In this document: positions 14,781-28,289 of the stretch, in pieces | How positions within the stretch are numbered: the stretch's first letter is position 1 | Layout: each line of letters starts with the position of its first letter | From: Octopus vulgaris | Taxonomy: Eukaryota | Direction of reading: 5' to 3' | DNA: 64,000 nucleotides | NCBI GenBank assembly: GCA_951406725.2 | Contig: OX597824.1 | Coordinates: 95,852,001 to 95,916,000 of the forward strand | Position numbers and translations under genes: made by a program | Notes under the pieces: model-generated | Databases searched by the model: none | What the model saw: only the letters and a program-made list of their open reading frames with translations | What the model was told of the DNA's origin: nothing

Positions 14781-14973
14781 ATGTACATACATGCTTTAGT
14801 CACTCGACTGCCACGATGCTAGCGTGCTGGCTAAAAGAGTTTAGTCGATCTTATTTTTTTTAAGCTTGTTAATTATTTTATCAATCTCTTTTGCCGAACT
14901 GCTAAGTTACGAGGAGGTTAAACCAAAACCTGTTGTGAAGTGATGGAGGGAAACAAACACAAACACAAACACA

Positions 14974-15012
<39 letters not shown>

Positions 15013-15725
15013 GCAAACAAACAAGCACACATGGCGGGTTTCCACACAGTTTCCGTTTACCAAATCTACTCAGAGGGCACTGATGGTCTCGGGGGTACAG
15101 TAGAAGATACTTGCCCGTGGTACCGCGCAGTGGAACTGAACCCGAGACCACGTGATTGTAAAGTGAATTAGGGTATATGCATCCATGCATGTATGCATGT
15201 ATCTATGTATGTATGTATGATTGTGTGTGTGTCTATAATTCGTTGAATTCTTCCCCCACCCCCACCAAAAAAAGGCTGGTCCATCACTGTAATTTAGGTG
15301 GCAACACACACACATACACGCCATAGGGTACGTTCTTACCACAAAAGTTAACTGCGTTGTGAGTTGTGTTGGTAGGTCGAGAATTCCTAAAAGGATGAGG
15401 AACTCCACTTTCTATCTTTATAGTTCCGCCATCATAAACATCTGCTTGAGGGGTGAAGAACTTACCCAAAATTGTTTGATGTTCATGGAAGCATAATCTC
15501 TATGTACAGTTCAGAGTAGGAAATGAATCTATAATAAACACCTTTTGTAATTATTTTGTTACGTTCACGATTAGAGTTTTTATCAGAAAAAAACTTGCCG
15601 AACTTCTTCAATAAGTGCCAACTCTTAAGCAATATGTCATGCAGTCAACTTAAGTAGAATCGGTGGAATTTCTGTGTTCTCACTTTGCTCTCTCTCACTC
15701 TCTCTCTCTCTCTCTCTCAGTATAT

Positions 15726-15789
<64 letters not shown>

Positions 15790-15795
<6 letters not shown>

Positions 15796-15950
15796 TCTCT
15801 CCTTGTTTTTTTCTGTGTATCTTTCTGTCGAAGAGCGTAGGCTTGAAACGTAAAAGACTTTTTCTATTCCTGAGCGCTATACTAATACATTTGTTTGTTT
15901 GTACACCACCTGTCTTCGTCTTTTGTTTATTTTCGTAAACTTTCCCTTTA
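15790..15950 (+). mobile_element. Penelope-like terminal fragment flanked by (TA)n, hammerhead-like core
   Basis: ctgtcgaa-GAGC-gtag-GCTT-gaaa-cgta; (TA)n on both sides; related to 14581-14780 and 38780-38975. Confidence 0.65.
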
Positions 15951-15961
15951 TATATATATAT

Positions 15962-16358
15962 AGGCACAGGAGTGGCTGCATGGTAAGTAGCTTGTTTACA
16001 GACCACATGGTTCCGGGTTCAGTCCCACTGCGTGGCACCTTGGGCAAGTGTCTTCTACTATAGCCTCGGGCCGACCAAAGCCTTGTGAGTGGATTTGGTA
16101 GACGGAAACTGAAAGAAGCCTGTCGTATATATATATATGTATGTATGTGTATGTGTTTGTGTGCCTGTGTTTGTCCCCCTAGCATTGTTTGACAACCGAT
16201 GCTGGTGTGTTTATGTCCCCGTTACTTAGCGGTTCGGCAAAAGAGACCGATAGAATAAGTACTGGGCTTACAAAAGAATAAATCCCTGGGTCGAGTCGCT
16301 CGATTAAAGGCGGTGCTCCAGCATGGCCGCAGTCAAATGACTGAAACAAGTAAAAGAG
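15962..16358 (+). mobile_element. SINE family A, full-length reference copy (CORE-SINE-like; cf. octopus OR-type SINEs)
   Basis: Pol III A-box TGGCTGCATGG, B-box GGTTCAGTCCC, CORE-like gcaccttgggcaagtg, internal (TA)/(TG) tract, tail gactgaaacaagtaaaagag; more than 25 related copies in the window. Confidence 0.93.
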
Positions 16359-16372
16359 AAAGAGAAAGATAT

Positions 16373-16425
<53 letters not shown>

Positions 16426-16430
16426 TATAT

Positions 16431-17028
16431 GGGTACAGGACGTCACCAACTGTGTAAACAGCATGAAGTACGGAAACAAATTTCGAGCATTCAGAGGAGT
16501 AGACAGACAGCCGACAACTGATGAAGGGTCGTTCTCTGTTACTTGTCCTGTTTTCCATTTTTTTCTCGTTGTTTGCATATTTAACTCGTTTGTTTTCGTA
16601 CTTCATGCTGTTTACACAGTTGGTGACGTCTTGTACTCTTATGTCCCACCCGTAAGGCTTCACTTTCACACACGCCAGCTTAATTTAATTCATCCACAGT
16701 CGAAAGACACCCTTTGTTAATGTCCTGTTATTTGCATTTGTATTTGTGTACCATTTTTCTATTTTTTCCGTCCCTGTTTTCGTATGCATCCGCTGCTTTC
16801 TTCCAAGGAATCTAGTGCTCTTAGCTTAGTTTTTCCTTGGGGCTGGCCAGATTGGAGCAATCTCGAGTATAACCTGCCGAAATTGCAAAGATAATCTGGA
16901 ACTCGACTGAGGAAAGAAAACTCCGAATGACCTGTCCTTTTTTTTTCTCGTCCCTTTTCTTTTTGTATCATCTGTCTGGATATTTTGCGTTCTTATCCCA
17001 TTCTTTATATTACTTTATATATATATAG
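16431..17028 (+). mobile_element. Penelope-like element end with 5' inverted segment
   Basis: 48-bp inverted arms 16433-16480 / 16589-16636 (2 mismatches); ctgaggaaagaaaactccgaatgacctgtc hammerhead-like motif at 16907-16936; (TA)n at both ends. Confidence 0.65.
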
Positions 17029-17798
17029 GAGGAGCTTCCCATTTTCCTTTTTGTCTACTAAATTCACCCACAAGGCATTAGTTGGTCCAGAGTTACAGTA
17101 GAAGACCCTTGTTTAAGATGCTGTGCTGAGAGACCGACGGGACCAAACCCGAAGCCACGTGGCCTCAAGCAAACTACTTAACCGCACAAGCACACCCGCT
17201 CCCACACATTATAATATAATGACATGTGTGCCATATATGGAATGATACACTTGTAACTGGTCACCAGATTCCGGAGACCAAGAAATGATGATTCAATTAT
17301 TAAACAAATAAAACCACGGAGGAATTTGACCCCACCCCCATCTCTTCCTTTTGCTCTTTCACGACATGTCCGTCGTCTCTCTCACTTTCCCCTTTCTCTC
17401 TCTCCCTCTCTCTCTCTCTCTCACACAGAAACATTCATTCCTTTTCTTTGTTCTTCTCTCTTTCAGTATATCTTCTCTCTATTTCTCTTTCTCTTCCTCA
17501 TTCACTCTCTCGTTCTTTCTCAGAGCCTCATTTACCTTTTCTAGAGATCAATGCAACACGATAAACAACTCTTACGCTCTCTCTTTCTCTTTCTCTTTCT
17601 TTCTTACTCATTTACTGAGTAATTCTTCCAATTTTCCACTCTCCTATTCTCTCTCTCTTTCTCACTCTCTATCTTTCTTTCTTTCTCTCTCTCTCTCTCT
17701 TTGTCTCTCTCTCTCACTTTGTCTTCCTCTTTCTCTCTTACTCATTTACTGAGTAACTCTTCCAATCTCCTACTCTCTCTCTCTCTCTCACACACACA

Positions 17799-17835
<37 letters not shown>

Positions 17836-18672
17836 AAACACACACAAACATAGAGGACAAACGCATGCATACGCACGTATTTCACATACACCCCAAAGCT
17901 TTTACCGTCTGTAATTTGTCGCAGTCTAATTGTATAATAGACTCTTAGAAACTCATGTGACATTACTCATAGAACTACGATAGTAACCACGTGAACACCA
18001 TACGTCATTTTTGTCAATTTTGCTGGTAGGGCCGAAGTGACCGGAGTCGGGGCATTCATTCTGAGTCGTGGTTTATCGAGGTCAATGCGGTTTTCTCATT
18101 TTCTTTTTTAAGGGTAAAAAAAAAAACGATTGTAGAAGGGATTGAGTAGAGGTCGTATAAAGGGACTTGGGCATTTAGGGAGTATGTAGGAATTAGGCAG
18201 AAAGGATTGTAATTTGTTTCAAACATGTGTGTGTGTATAAGGATAGTTTTATATTATTCGTAGTATTGTGTTGGAGTCAGTTCTGAGTCTTTATGATCAG
18301 AGGTGTATGGCAGACTCACAAACTCATACAAACACACATGCACACAATGGCAAACACATAGACGCACACAAACACATATGCACACGACAGCAGACTGTGA
18401 GGTGCTGTTTCCAAAACACAACCAGTCTCGGCTCCGAGGAGGGCCTTAGAGGAAGGAAATACATTCAACTAACCTTCAATGCTACTAGCATCTAGAGCTT
18501 ACACCGAAGCAAGGGGACCAATAAAAACCGGAAGTGGAGTGGGGTCAACTTCTGCAGCATAGAATTGTTTCGACAAGGAGGGAATAGTGACTAGAGAAGC
18601 GTGGGGACTGTCGAAGAGAGAAGCAAATTAAGGCGCAGGACAGCAAAATGTAAGGGCACACGCTCGGAGTAT

Positions 18673-18862
18673 CAGTGGTGTAGGTGGGAGGATAATGGAA
18701 CGGTCAGTCCTGGGCTATGCTTTTTGAGAGGGCCGGCAGTTTTGGACCACTGTACAATAACGTGGCATATTTATTATTTTTTTTTGTAAGGGTAGGGTCT
18801 GGAGATGGAATCGGCAGCCTCATGGGCTCCCGCAGGCGGCACACTCTCTAGGTATGCCACTG
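18673..18862. mobile_element. hAT MITE (CAGTGG-type TIR)
   Basis: TIRs cagtggtgtag / aggtatgccactg; TSD cggagtat (18665-18672) / cggaatat (18863-18870). Confidence 0.8.
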
Positions 18863-19221
18863 CGGAATATATGAATCTTATGCCTACTCGAAAGGCGAAC
18901 CTTAAACTTTTTGGTTTCAATCTGATCCCAAAAGCAAACAAAATGCAGTTTGCTGACTAAAGGGGAGCCGGTTGCAAGCACCGGGTATATCCTGAGGGTA
19001 GATGGCTTTTGAAGTCCATGTCAGCGATTTAAAGACGGCTTGAGGATCATAGCCTAGAAGGTGGGGTGAAGGGGACTTTCCGGGTACGGCCGAAACCGAA
19101 GATGTTGACAGGCAAGTTCGCAGACTATAATTCTGAGGTGATCGGAGCGGAAGGGAACAAATGTTGTAGAATGTCTTGGGGGTGGGGGTCCCCTCTTGGT
19201 GCCAGCTTCCCACCCCTGTGT

Positions 19222-21835
19222 GATTGGTTTTGCAGAATTTTTTGAACTCGTATCCTGTAAATTGTGTTCCATTGTCCAATACTATGGTGTCCGGAACACC
19301 GTATCAAGCAAAAATTTCGAGCATGAACTTTATTGTTGCCTTCGAGGTTGACTGCACCTATATACTTCCAGCCACTTAGTAAAACTATCAACAATGATCA
19401 AATAGTACACGCCATTCACTGGTCCAGCGCACTCTGTACGCTGGACCATGGACTATCCGTCTCAGGCCATGATTATTATTTTGCCAGTGGTGTCTTGGCA
19501 GCTAGCGCACAACCTCTACATGATCTCACCAAATTTTCAATGTTCCGGCCCATTGTCGGCCAAAACACGTAACTCCTCCCCAAGGCTTTCATTCTTGACA
19601 CCCCGGGTATCCACTATGAAATTCATGTAATATGCGTTTCTATAGTACTGTTGGTACTACCACTCTTTGTGCGAGCATCAATACATCATCGCAGAGTGAA
19701 AAAGGGTTCGCATTTGTGTTTCTCTTTTGTTTATTTTTCAATGTTTTCTTCAATTTTATGACGCATTTGTCCTTCGCTGATTTACTTTTTATATCTTGTA
19801 CACTCACTGACAGCTCCTGAATGACATTACACATAGTGTTTTTAATTTCCTTTTTCTGATTGTGATGCGGCTATCACCGTATTTTTCAGCGATTCCGCAT
19901 TCTTCGGAATTAGCCTAGATAAACAAACCGCATGGCCAATTTTCTTAGAAGTAATGTACTCCATCTTAAAGTCGTAATTCAACAATATCGTGGCCCAGCA
20001 CTGCAATTTATTTGCAATATGGGTAGTAATTCCTTTCTTCTACCCAGAAATTGATAATAATGGTCGGTGATCAGTTTGTAGTCTAAAACTTCTACCGTGC
20101 AAAAATCTGTGAAATTTCTTCACGGCAAAAATAATCGCAAGAGCTTATTTCTCTATTTGACTATAGTTTTTCTCTGCGGCTATCAGAGAACGTGAGGCAT
20201 GAACCACCGCCTTCATATTACTGTCTTTATATTTGTGTAGTATTACTGCTCCTATGCCGTATTCAGAAGCGTCAGAAGCTACAACAACATCCGCTGCAAG
20301 ATCGAAATGAGCCAGCGGCAAATCCGATATTAGTATTTTTTTTTAATATCGTCAAACGCCTTTTGACAATTTCACTAATTCCACTTCACATCCTTTTATA
20401 ACAAATTATTTAGTGGAATTCTCAAATTATATATATTTAGTATGTAATTTTGATAATAATTCGTTTGACCCAGAAAAGCTTGTAAGGTCGTTATATTAGC
20501 CGGAGGAAACATTTTTAATTGCGTCTGCCCTCGACGGGTCAGGTCGTCTTCCATCTCTATCAATAATTTGTCCTAAATATTTAATTTTAGGCAAAACAAA
20601 TTCACATTTCTCTTCACTCTTATTTTTCCAAAAACATTCTTTATATGCTCGACATACTGATCATCAGATTCAATTTTAATTAATAGATCATCCAGGTATG
20701 GAATTGCGAATTTACAGTCTGCTAACATCGCATCCACAACCTGTTGAAAAATTGCAGGTGTGACCTTTAGACCAAAAGGTAATCTGTTATATTTATAAAG
20801 TCCTTTGGGCGTATTTACTGTTAGAAATTTCGAGCATTCCTCGTCTGCTTTAATTTGTAGACTCGCATCAGACAGATCCAGTTTCGAAAATATCTTGTTA
20901 CCGTTTAATTTTGCAAAACTATCCTCCGGAGATGGTAGCGGATAGTGGTACATTTTTAGACACATTCACTCCTTAACCAGTAGAAAAATCACTGCCTAAC
21001 CAGTGGAAAAATCGGCACACACCCTGATTTTGTTATTCTTTTTTTTTTTAATACACACATTTGGTGCCACCTATTTAGAATAATCCACTTTTTGAATTAT
21101 TTCAGTTTTCTCTAATCTGTTTAATTCTTCATCTACCTGCTTTATTGCAGGAAAAGGTACCTTTCTACTGGGTTTGAACACAGGTACGACGTTTTCATTT
21201 ATTTGAAAACATGTCTCAGTCTTAGTACAGAGACCTAATGTACCCGACAGTACTTCAGGGAACAAGTTTTAAATTTTTTTCTTCAATTCATTCGATGACC
21301 TATTTTACTGGTGGGACAGTCATTTACTTTTTTACAGTACAGACTTATGGGGAGGTCCAATAAGTGAAACAACTCCATCCAGTCCGTACCGAACAGATTG
21401 GTTGCATTTTTTAACGCGAAAACTTTTGCTCTACAGATTTTACCACAAAATGTAATATCGCTCCACATTTTGCCTACGAGTGTAGTTTTTCACCTGTCCC
21501 GCCTCGTGCAATTTGCGATGTTTTTCTCAACGTAGGTTTCCTATTTTCCATGTGTCGGGATCAATAATCGAGATGTCACTACCTGTATCCAGTTGTAATT
21601 TAGTATTCACTTCGTTTGCTTTTACATGTACAAATTTCCTCATTTTGGAGTTGTTCCTACTTTCCGTTGAGGAAACTTTAGAATTTTTTTCTTCTGTTCG
21701 ACCTTCCTAACTTTGCTCTGCAATGTGAGCTCTTGTGTCCTATTTTTTGCCATCTGTGACATTTCCACGTTTTGAAAGGACAGTCCTTCATGAAATGTAG
21801 GCCTCCACATACGTAGCATGGGTTTGGTCCTAACA
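19222..21835 (-). mobile_element. Decayed Ty3/Gypsy LTR-retrotransposon internal region (Mag / K02A2.6-like): gag Zn knuckles-PR-RT-RH-IN
   Basis: Minus-strand translation: CYVCGGLHFMKDC..CHRWQKIGHKSSHC (about 21820-21720); protease KLQLDTGSDISII (about 21600-21565); RT YPLP..FSKLDLSDA..YKYNRLPFG..YLDD (20573-20965); RNase H DASEYGIG, EKNYSQIEK, TDHRPL; integrase AGPVNGVYYLIIVDSFTKWLEV and GVPDTIVLDNGTQF. Stops and frameshifts; truncated; no LTRs seen. Confidence 0.95.
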
Positions 21836-21914
21836 TATTTTTGTTGTTGTTGTTGTATATTCCTTCGCAGTCGATCCCCTACTATCAGTTGATAGCTGAA
21901 ATTAATATTATCCA

Positions 21915-22001
21915 AAGCCTCTTCTAGCAAGGCTACGCGACCCCACTGCCAAGGTTGTGCGACCCCCCAGGATTTCGGGAACCACCGGTTGGGAACCCCT
22001 G
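21915..22001. mobile_element. Single hAT-Charlie-like terminus
   Basis: Subterminal gcgacccc repeats and terminal ggttgggaacccctg followed by tgttagaa. Confidence 0.55.
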
Positions 22002-22009
22002 TGTTAGAA

Positions 22010-22735
22010 CAAAGACAAACTAAAAATACAGGTGAGAATACGGAAATTCCGCCATCACTATTTAAATTGACTGCAAAGAATACAGCTAAGTGGTTGGCAT
22101 TAGTACAAGAAGTTCCGCAAGTTTTTTTTGCTGATAATGACCCTAATCGTGAACTTAACACAGAAATTACAAGAGGAGTTTACAAGTTCAGTTCCTACGC
22201 TGAACTGTACCAAAAAAGAAGAAAAAAAACGATGCGCTACAAACTTCAAAGAATTTAGATAAATGCTTCACCTCTCTTGAGAATTGTTGATGGTTTTGAA
22301 CAAAACGATGGAAGACATTGTCCCTCAACCTCCCAGTAACACTCGTTCCATCACCACCCCTCACGCAATAGTTAGCATCTATTTGCGGAATGAACGTACC
22401 CAGTTGCGATATTATGGAATACTTTATTCCCAAGGGTATTTTTCTCTTGAGATGCTTGTTTTCGTCTTTTGCTTGTTGGCTTTTTGTTTTGTTTTGTTTT
22501 TTTCATGTAAACATACTGTACTGTGCGTGTTTAGAAATTGTCATGCATGAAAGTGGTCGAGGTTCTTGTTTCTGTTGTTTGTTTGTTTTCTGCAGAAAAA
22601 AAAGAAAGAAAAGAAAGAAAGAAAGAAAAAGAAATTTGTCGGAACGCATCCCTCTTTATAACATGAATATTTATGAGAAAACCGATTTCGCGTTACGGGT
22701 ATCCTGCATTACGACGAGATTTTTAAGGAACTTTT
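22010..22735 (+). mobile_element. Tigger/pogo transposase C-terminal remnant and 3' subterminal region
   Basis: LTAKNTAKWLALVQE..FFADNDPNRELNTEITRGV..YAELYQKRRK then QRNLDKCF in a shifted frame, resembling the Tigger C-terminus; ggaacgcatccc subterminal motif near 22640. Confidence 0.55.
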
Positions 22736-22756
22736 TTTATTTCAATAACTCTTGAG

Positions 22757-22791
<35 letters not shown>

Positions 22792-22894
22792 CAGAGACAG
22801 GCAGACAGAGGAAGGGAAAGATATATAAATATAGATGGATGGATCTTCACCTTGAGACTTGGGACTAAACAAGTATTTTTTAGATATCTTTATT

Positions 22895-23975
22895 ACAACA
22901 ACTACAACACACCACCACTACCACCCCACTACCACCCCACTACTACTACTTCTACAACAAAAATTCCTCTCTCTCTCTCTTCTCGCCGTTGTTATCTCAT
23001 GTATGTATCCTGTGTACCAGCATCCATTACAAGCTTTACAACCGTTCAACCCCACCCCTTTACTACTCCTTGCACCACCATTACTCTACCCAACACTCCC
23101 ACCCCCACCACCACAAACAAAACTTCTACTGGCATCCCTCCTCCTCCTCCTCTTCTTTCTCCCCTCCTCCCCTTTCCTTCTCTTAAGTTATTTCTGATTC
23201 TGTTCTGCATTCAGCCCCTTTTTTCCCTACCCTGGTACATACAATAAGCTCCTGTTTTCAGGCACTCTAATGCACGATCGCTATGCACCGTCGCCATCGC
23301 CGTCAAACACACCACCACCACCACCACCAGTTAAGTCTTCTCTTCACCACCACCACCACCACCACCACCACCACTATTACTATCCCCCACCGTCGCAGGA
23401 ACAACAAGCTTCACCTCGTCCCCACCCACCCCACCATCCCAGATATAATTTCAACGACGATCATCACCAGCACCACCACCGCCACTAACAACAATTACAA
23501 TACCACCCCATCCCCACCACCAACAACAATTACAACTTCCCCACCACTACCAGCATCCCCACCACCACGACCTCCACCGCCAACAACAATAATTACAACA
23601 TTACCACCACCACCACCACCACCACCACTAACAACAACAACAATTACAACTACATCCCTACCACCACCACTACCACCACCACCACCACCACCACTACCAC
23701 CACCATAGCAACAAAACTTCGACCACTACGACCATAGCTACAACCGCAACCACCATCACAAACAACAACAATAATAACGCCACCACCACAATCATCAACG
23801 GCTATACCATCACCACCATCACCACCAACACCAACACCAACAATAACAACAATAGACAACAATAACGATCATCGCCAGTCCACATAACGACCATCACCAC
23901 TCCACAACAACAGCCACTGCCAACATCATTACCATTATCCACCACCATCACCACCACCACCGCCGCCACCTTCGT
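22895..23975. repeat. Degenerate (CAC/CAA/CAT)n trinucleotide low-complexity tract
   Basis: Direct; explains the Pro/Thr/His-rich ORFs. Confidence 0.92.
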
Positions 23976-24051
23976 CTCTCATCATTCACCTTAATTTAAT
24001 TGCTCTTCAAAATTGGTTTCCTTCCTTTGCGAAATTCAATGCCGCTCACGC

Positions 24052-24113
<62 letters not shown>

Positions 24114-24439
24114 AGGCGGCGGCGGCAGTGGTGGGGGTGGGAGTCACCCTTTGCTGTTTCTTTTGCCTTTCCTTTCCCCTGGGTTAGGTGCCGAAGGGTT
24201 CACATTGAGGCAACCTTCTGCCTTATTCTTGCTTTTCCTCTCCATTTCCCCTTCGCCTTCTCCCTCTTCTCCCTCTCTTTCTCTTCTTCCTCTTCTCCCT
24301 CTCCTCACATTCGTCTCCATTTTCTACCCAACAATGAAATCAAAATGCTTAATCTTTGACGTCATTCCCCAGACTCTCTTGGTTTTCAGTTTTATATCAG
24401 ACATTCCTTGGTGTAAACAAGGAGAAAAGGATGGATGCA

Positions 24440-24502
24440 TGTGTATATATATATACACACACACAGACGCACACACACACACGCACACACATATACACAC
24501 AT

Positions 24503-24533
<31 letters not shown>

Positions 24534-24642
24534 CTATATATCTATATATATATAAGTATATACATATATATACTTACATATATATATATGCATATATGCA
24601 TACATATATACACATAAATATGAATATATATACATATATATC

Positions 24643-24678
<36 letters not shown>

Positions 24679-24794
24679 CATATACATGTATGCATGTGTG
24701 TATGTATACATACATGTGTTTGTATGTATGTAAGTATGTATGTATGCATGTGTGTGTCTATATGTGTACATATATGTGCGTGTGTGTATCATAA

Positions 24795-24854
<60 letters not shown>

Positions 24855-25005
24855 ACAAACTACTAACATATATAAAAGTATATTCATGTGTGTGTACATA
24901 AATGTATATATGTATACATATGTACATGTATACAAGTAAACATATATATATATATATATATATACACGCACACATTGACACACATACGCACACATGCACA
25001 AATGT
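24440..25005. repeat. Compound (CA)/(TA)/(TG) microsatellite field
   Basis: Direct. Confidence 0.95.
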
Positions 25006-25279
25006 GCACATAATGTGGTGCGCGAGCGAGTTTCTTCCGTGTGATAAAATCTGGAATAAAACTTTTTTCGTGTCAGGCAAAAGAACTTCAAGAGATTCAA
25101 ATTGAAATGTGAATAATTGTTGCAAAGGTTTTGTGTAGGAATACGCCATTCCGACGTACCCATGGTAACAAAACTATTTGCTATCATCATCAGCATCATC
25201 ATCGTTGCTGTCGTCGTCATCTCCATCGTCATCAGCATCAGCCTTCTCAGCATCACTGCAGTCGTCGTCGTTGTCGTCG

Positions 25280-25502
25280 TCATCATCCCCATCATCATCA
25301 TGGCAGAATTATTAGCATACCGGCTAAAATGTACTACAGCATTTCTTTCGACTTCACGATTTGAGTTCAAATTCCGCCGAGGTCGACTTTTCTTTTCATC
25401 CTTTTGCAGTCGATGGAATAATTCCAGTTACGCACTGGGTTCGATGTAATCGACTATTCCTCTCCTGCCAAATTTCAGGCCTGGTGCCTTTAGCAGAAAG
25501 GA
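25280..25502 (+). mobile_element. SINE family B
   Basis: tggcagaattattagc..gagttcaaattccgccgaggtcgac..ttcatcctttt..cactgggttcgatgtaatcgact. Confidence 0.85.
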
Positions 25503-26017
25503 TTATAATTATTATTGTTGTTGTTGTTGTTATCATTATTATTATTATTTTATTACTATTTACTTTTCCTCGGCATGTTTGTTACAATCACTTGTCGCCC
25601 AAGGGTGAGTGAAGGAAAAAAGATGTAATAGTATGACTGAAAGCTTGGGGAGGGGAAGTGGTAGGGACAATAGCGAAATGTCTTCATGTAATACAACAGA
25701 AACATTTAAACTAATAGAGTGTTTCTAATGATGTGAGCAGTACTTGTCAACACAATATTTTGGATTTCTCTGATACATGGTGCTCCTGGGATATTATCGA
25801 GATGTTTCTGACATCCCTTTCTTACCATACCTAGGGCACCCACAATAACAGGAACAGTTCTCGTTTTAAGATGCCACATCTTTTGTATTTCAATTTCCAG
25901 GTCTTTATGTTTACTTAATTTGTCAAATTCCTTTACAGATATATTTTTATCAGTGGGAACACTACATCAATTAGTATTTTCTTCTCTGTCTATAATGACT
26001 ATGTCTGGTCGATTAGC
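25503..26017 (-). mobile_element. R4/Dong-clade non-LTR retrotransposon 3' end (restriction-like endonuclease + 3'UTR + (AAT)n tail)
   Basis: Minus 26017-25706: ANRPDIVIIDRE..SVPTDKNISVKEFDKLSKHKDLEIEIQKMWHLKTRTVPVIVGALGMV..IQNIVLTSTAHIIRNTL*, a PD-(D/E)xK-type RLE domain with one internal stop; AAT/AAC-rich tail at 25503-25560. Confidence 0.92.
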
Positions 26018-26869
26018 CTGGATCGTTTTGCCGGTGTTGACTGGAAACTCGCAGAGGATAGTGACGTTTTAGGATAAAGCGAGGAGACATGTATTAATGG
26101 TACGCTATATACCTGATCAGATATACCCCAATATATCTGGAAACAGTACCAGTTCAGGACTTGGGTCGATGTAATCGACTTCACTACTCCTGAGTAAGAG
26201 AATAAAAACTGCATCCCTCTGCTAAGCCATATCTACCCAGTGTGACAGAGTAGGCTAATCAAACCAGTATGATCTCAAGCTTAAATTTACAACCTTCACA
26301 TCAGATCGTAGTTGATGAAGAGAATATGCTGAAGCCATCGTCCTGCAATGGACTGGACATGGGCAATGCAATTCAATCTGAAAACAGGATTGGTGAGTCA
26401 ATAATACCTAAGAAATCTGGGCTGCAATCGAAGAAACCTGAACTCTTTATGTCAATGGATGTTGTCTGGGTCAAGAAATATAACAGATTCAAACAACCTT
26501 TAGAGAAATTTAATAAAAGACAAGAAATGCTCTTTAAGTGTGGAAACAGGAAAAAATATTTCCTCGAACGCCGCTTCTATCTACAAAAAAATAATAACCC
26601 TCAAGTAGTAAGACCTAGATTTGACACAATCACCTTGACAGCAATTATAAGAGAACTATTCACCAACACGCCACGTTTACCAACAACAGATATACCACAC
26701 CCCAACTACAAGAGGGGTGAGCAGAACTCTATGCGCTGCTTATCTGTCAGCAACAAAATCTAAAATATCTGTAATTTCACCAAGCTGCTACGCCCAGCCA
26801 ACTATTCGAGGCAAGAAAGCCAGCAAATTGACAAATATCTGTATATGCCCGCACGAGCGTGCGTGCATG

Positions 26870-26905
<36 letters not shown>

Positions 26906-27374
26906 GACTGCACAGAAATAAACCAATTGGGATTTAGAGTTTCGCTGCAATTGCCGTATATAAAACGACAATTTAAGTGCACCGGCAGTTCCTTTCAACT
27001 TCCTGCTCTCAACCAGCAACAAATGCGCAACTTTTACGAATGATTTCGAAGAATTCCATTATAAATACACGCGACTCGGTTGTGCAGAAATAGGCACAGT
27101 TAGTTGTCAGCGCCCTCTAAAGCCTAGTGAATCACTGCTGTACCACATACAGAGCCGCATAGTTTGATAATCAAAATTATCAGATAGGCAACTGTTTGTG
27201 AATACACACCCAAACACGCGCACTCACTCACCACACACACACACAGCTACATATACTCACAAATAAATAATAATTAGCTATTGTATATATGTATATATAC
27301 ATACACACATATTTACGTATATACATAAATACATATATGTATGTGTATATATATATATACACACATATGTAAGT

Positions 27375-27421
<47 letters not shown>

Positions 27422-28050
27422 TAAGTGTTTATATATATATATATATATATATATATGTAAGTGTTTATATATATATATATGTGTGTGTGTGTCTAAGTGT
27501 TTATCTCTTATGATAATATATATATATATACATACATATATATATACACATACATGCATACATGCACTACATACACAAACACAGACGCACACACTCATAT
27601 ATGATATGCTTTGCAATCATACACACACACACACATTGTAATACAGTTGCGTACAAACGTTTACAAACAGACAGACCGAACTCGGTCCGAGATAAGAAGA
27701 CACACCCACACGCGAGTTATTTGTTCAGCACATCTGCAAGGAATCGCGTTCCAAAAATATCTTTTGTAATCTAATCAAGTACATCTCGAAACTTTAAAAA
27801 CTTCTTGGCATCTCTCTTTAGCTTTTGTTCTCCTCCCCTTCCTCTAACAAACCCCCTTTCTCTCTTTCTCTCTCTCTCTCTCTCCTCTAGCTGGTTTTTG
27901 CATTCTCTTGCTTATCTCCCTTTCTACTCACGCTCTCTTATCCCTTACTATTTCCTCCTTCTCATTTCTTCACCTACCTCCAGTTATTCATTACCCTTTC
28001 TCTGTTCCTGTCTCTCTCTCAACCACTTCTAACACTTTCTTTTTTTTTTT

Positions 28051-28105
<55 letters not shown>

Positions 28106-28289
28106 CTTTTTTTTTTACACTTACGACCTTTTCACTATAGTCAAAACCGTTTCAGAGCCTAAATAGCCTTCAGCTTTTTCCCCTCAGGAATTTCCCCTGA
28201 AAAGCACTTCAACGCACTTTCGCCTTGAATCCTTTGCTTTCATAAAACAAGTTCACATTTGTCAATCCTTACTCCTCCTAGCAAATATA

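Noticed and set aside
22852-23862. Pro/Thr/His-rich extensin- or mucin-like ORFs
   Set aside because: (CAC/CAA)n low-complexity DNA open in several frames, with no splice or domain support.
26269-26763. 164-aa ORF
   Set aside because: No convincing domain; DVVWVKKY weakly recalls a Gypsy integrase C-terminus, so it is more likely TE debris than a gene.
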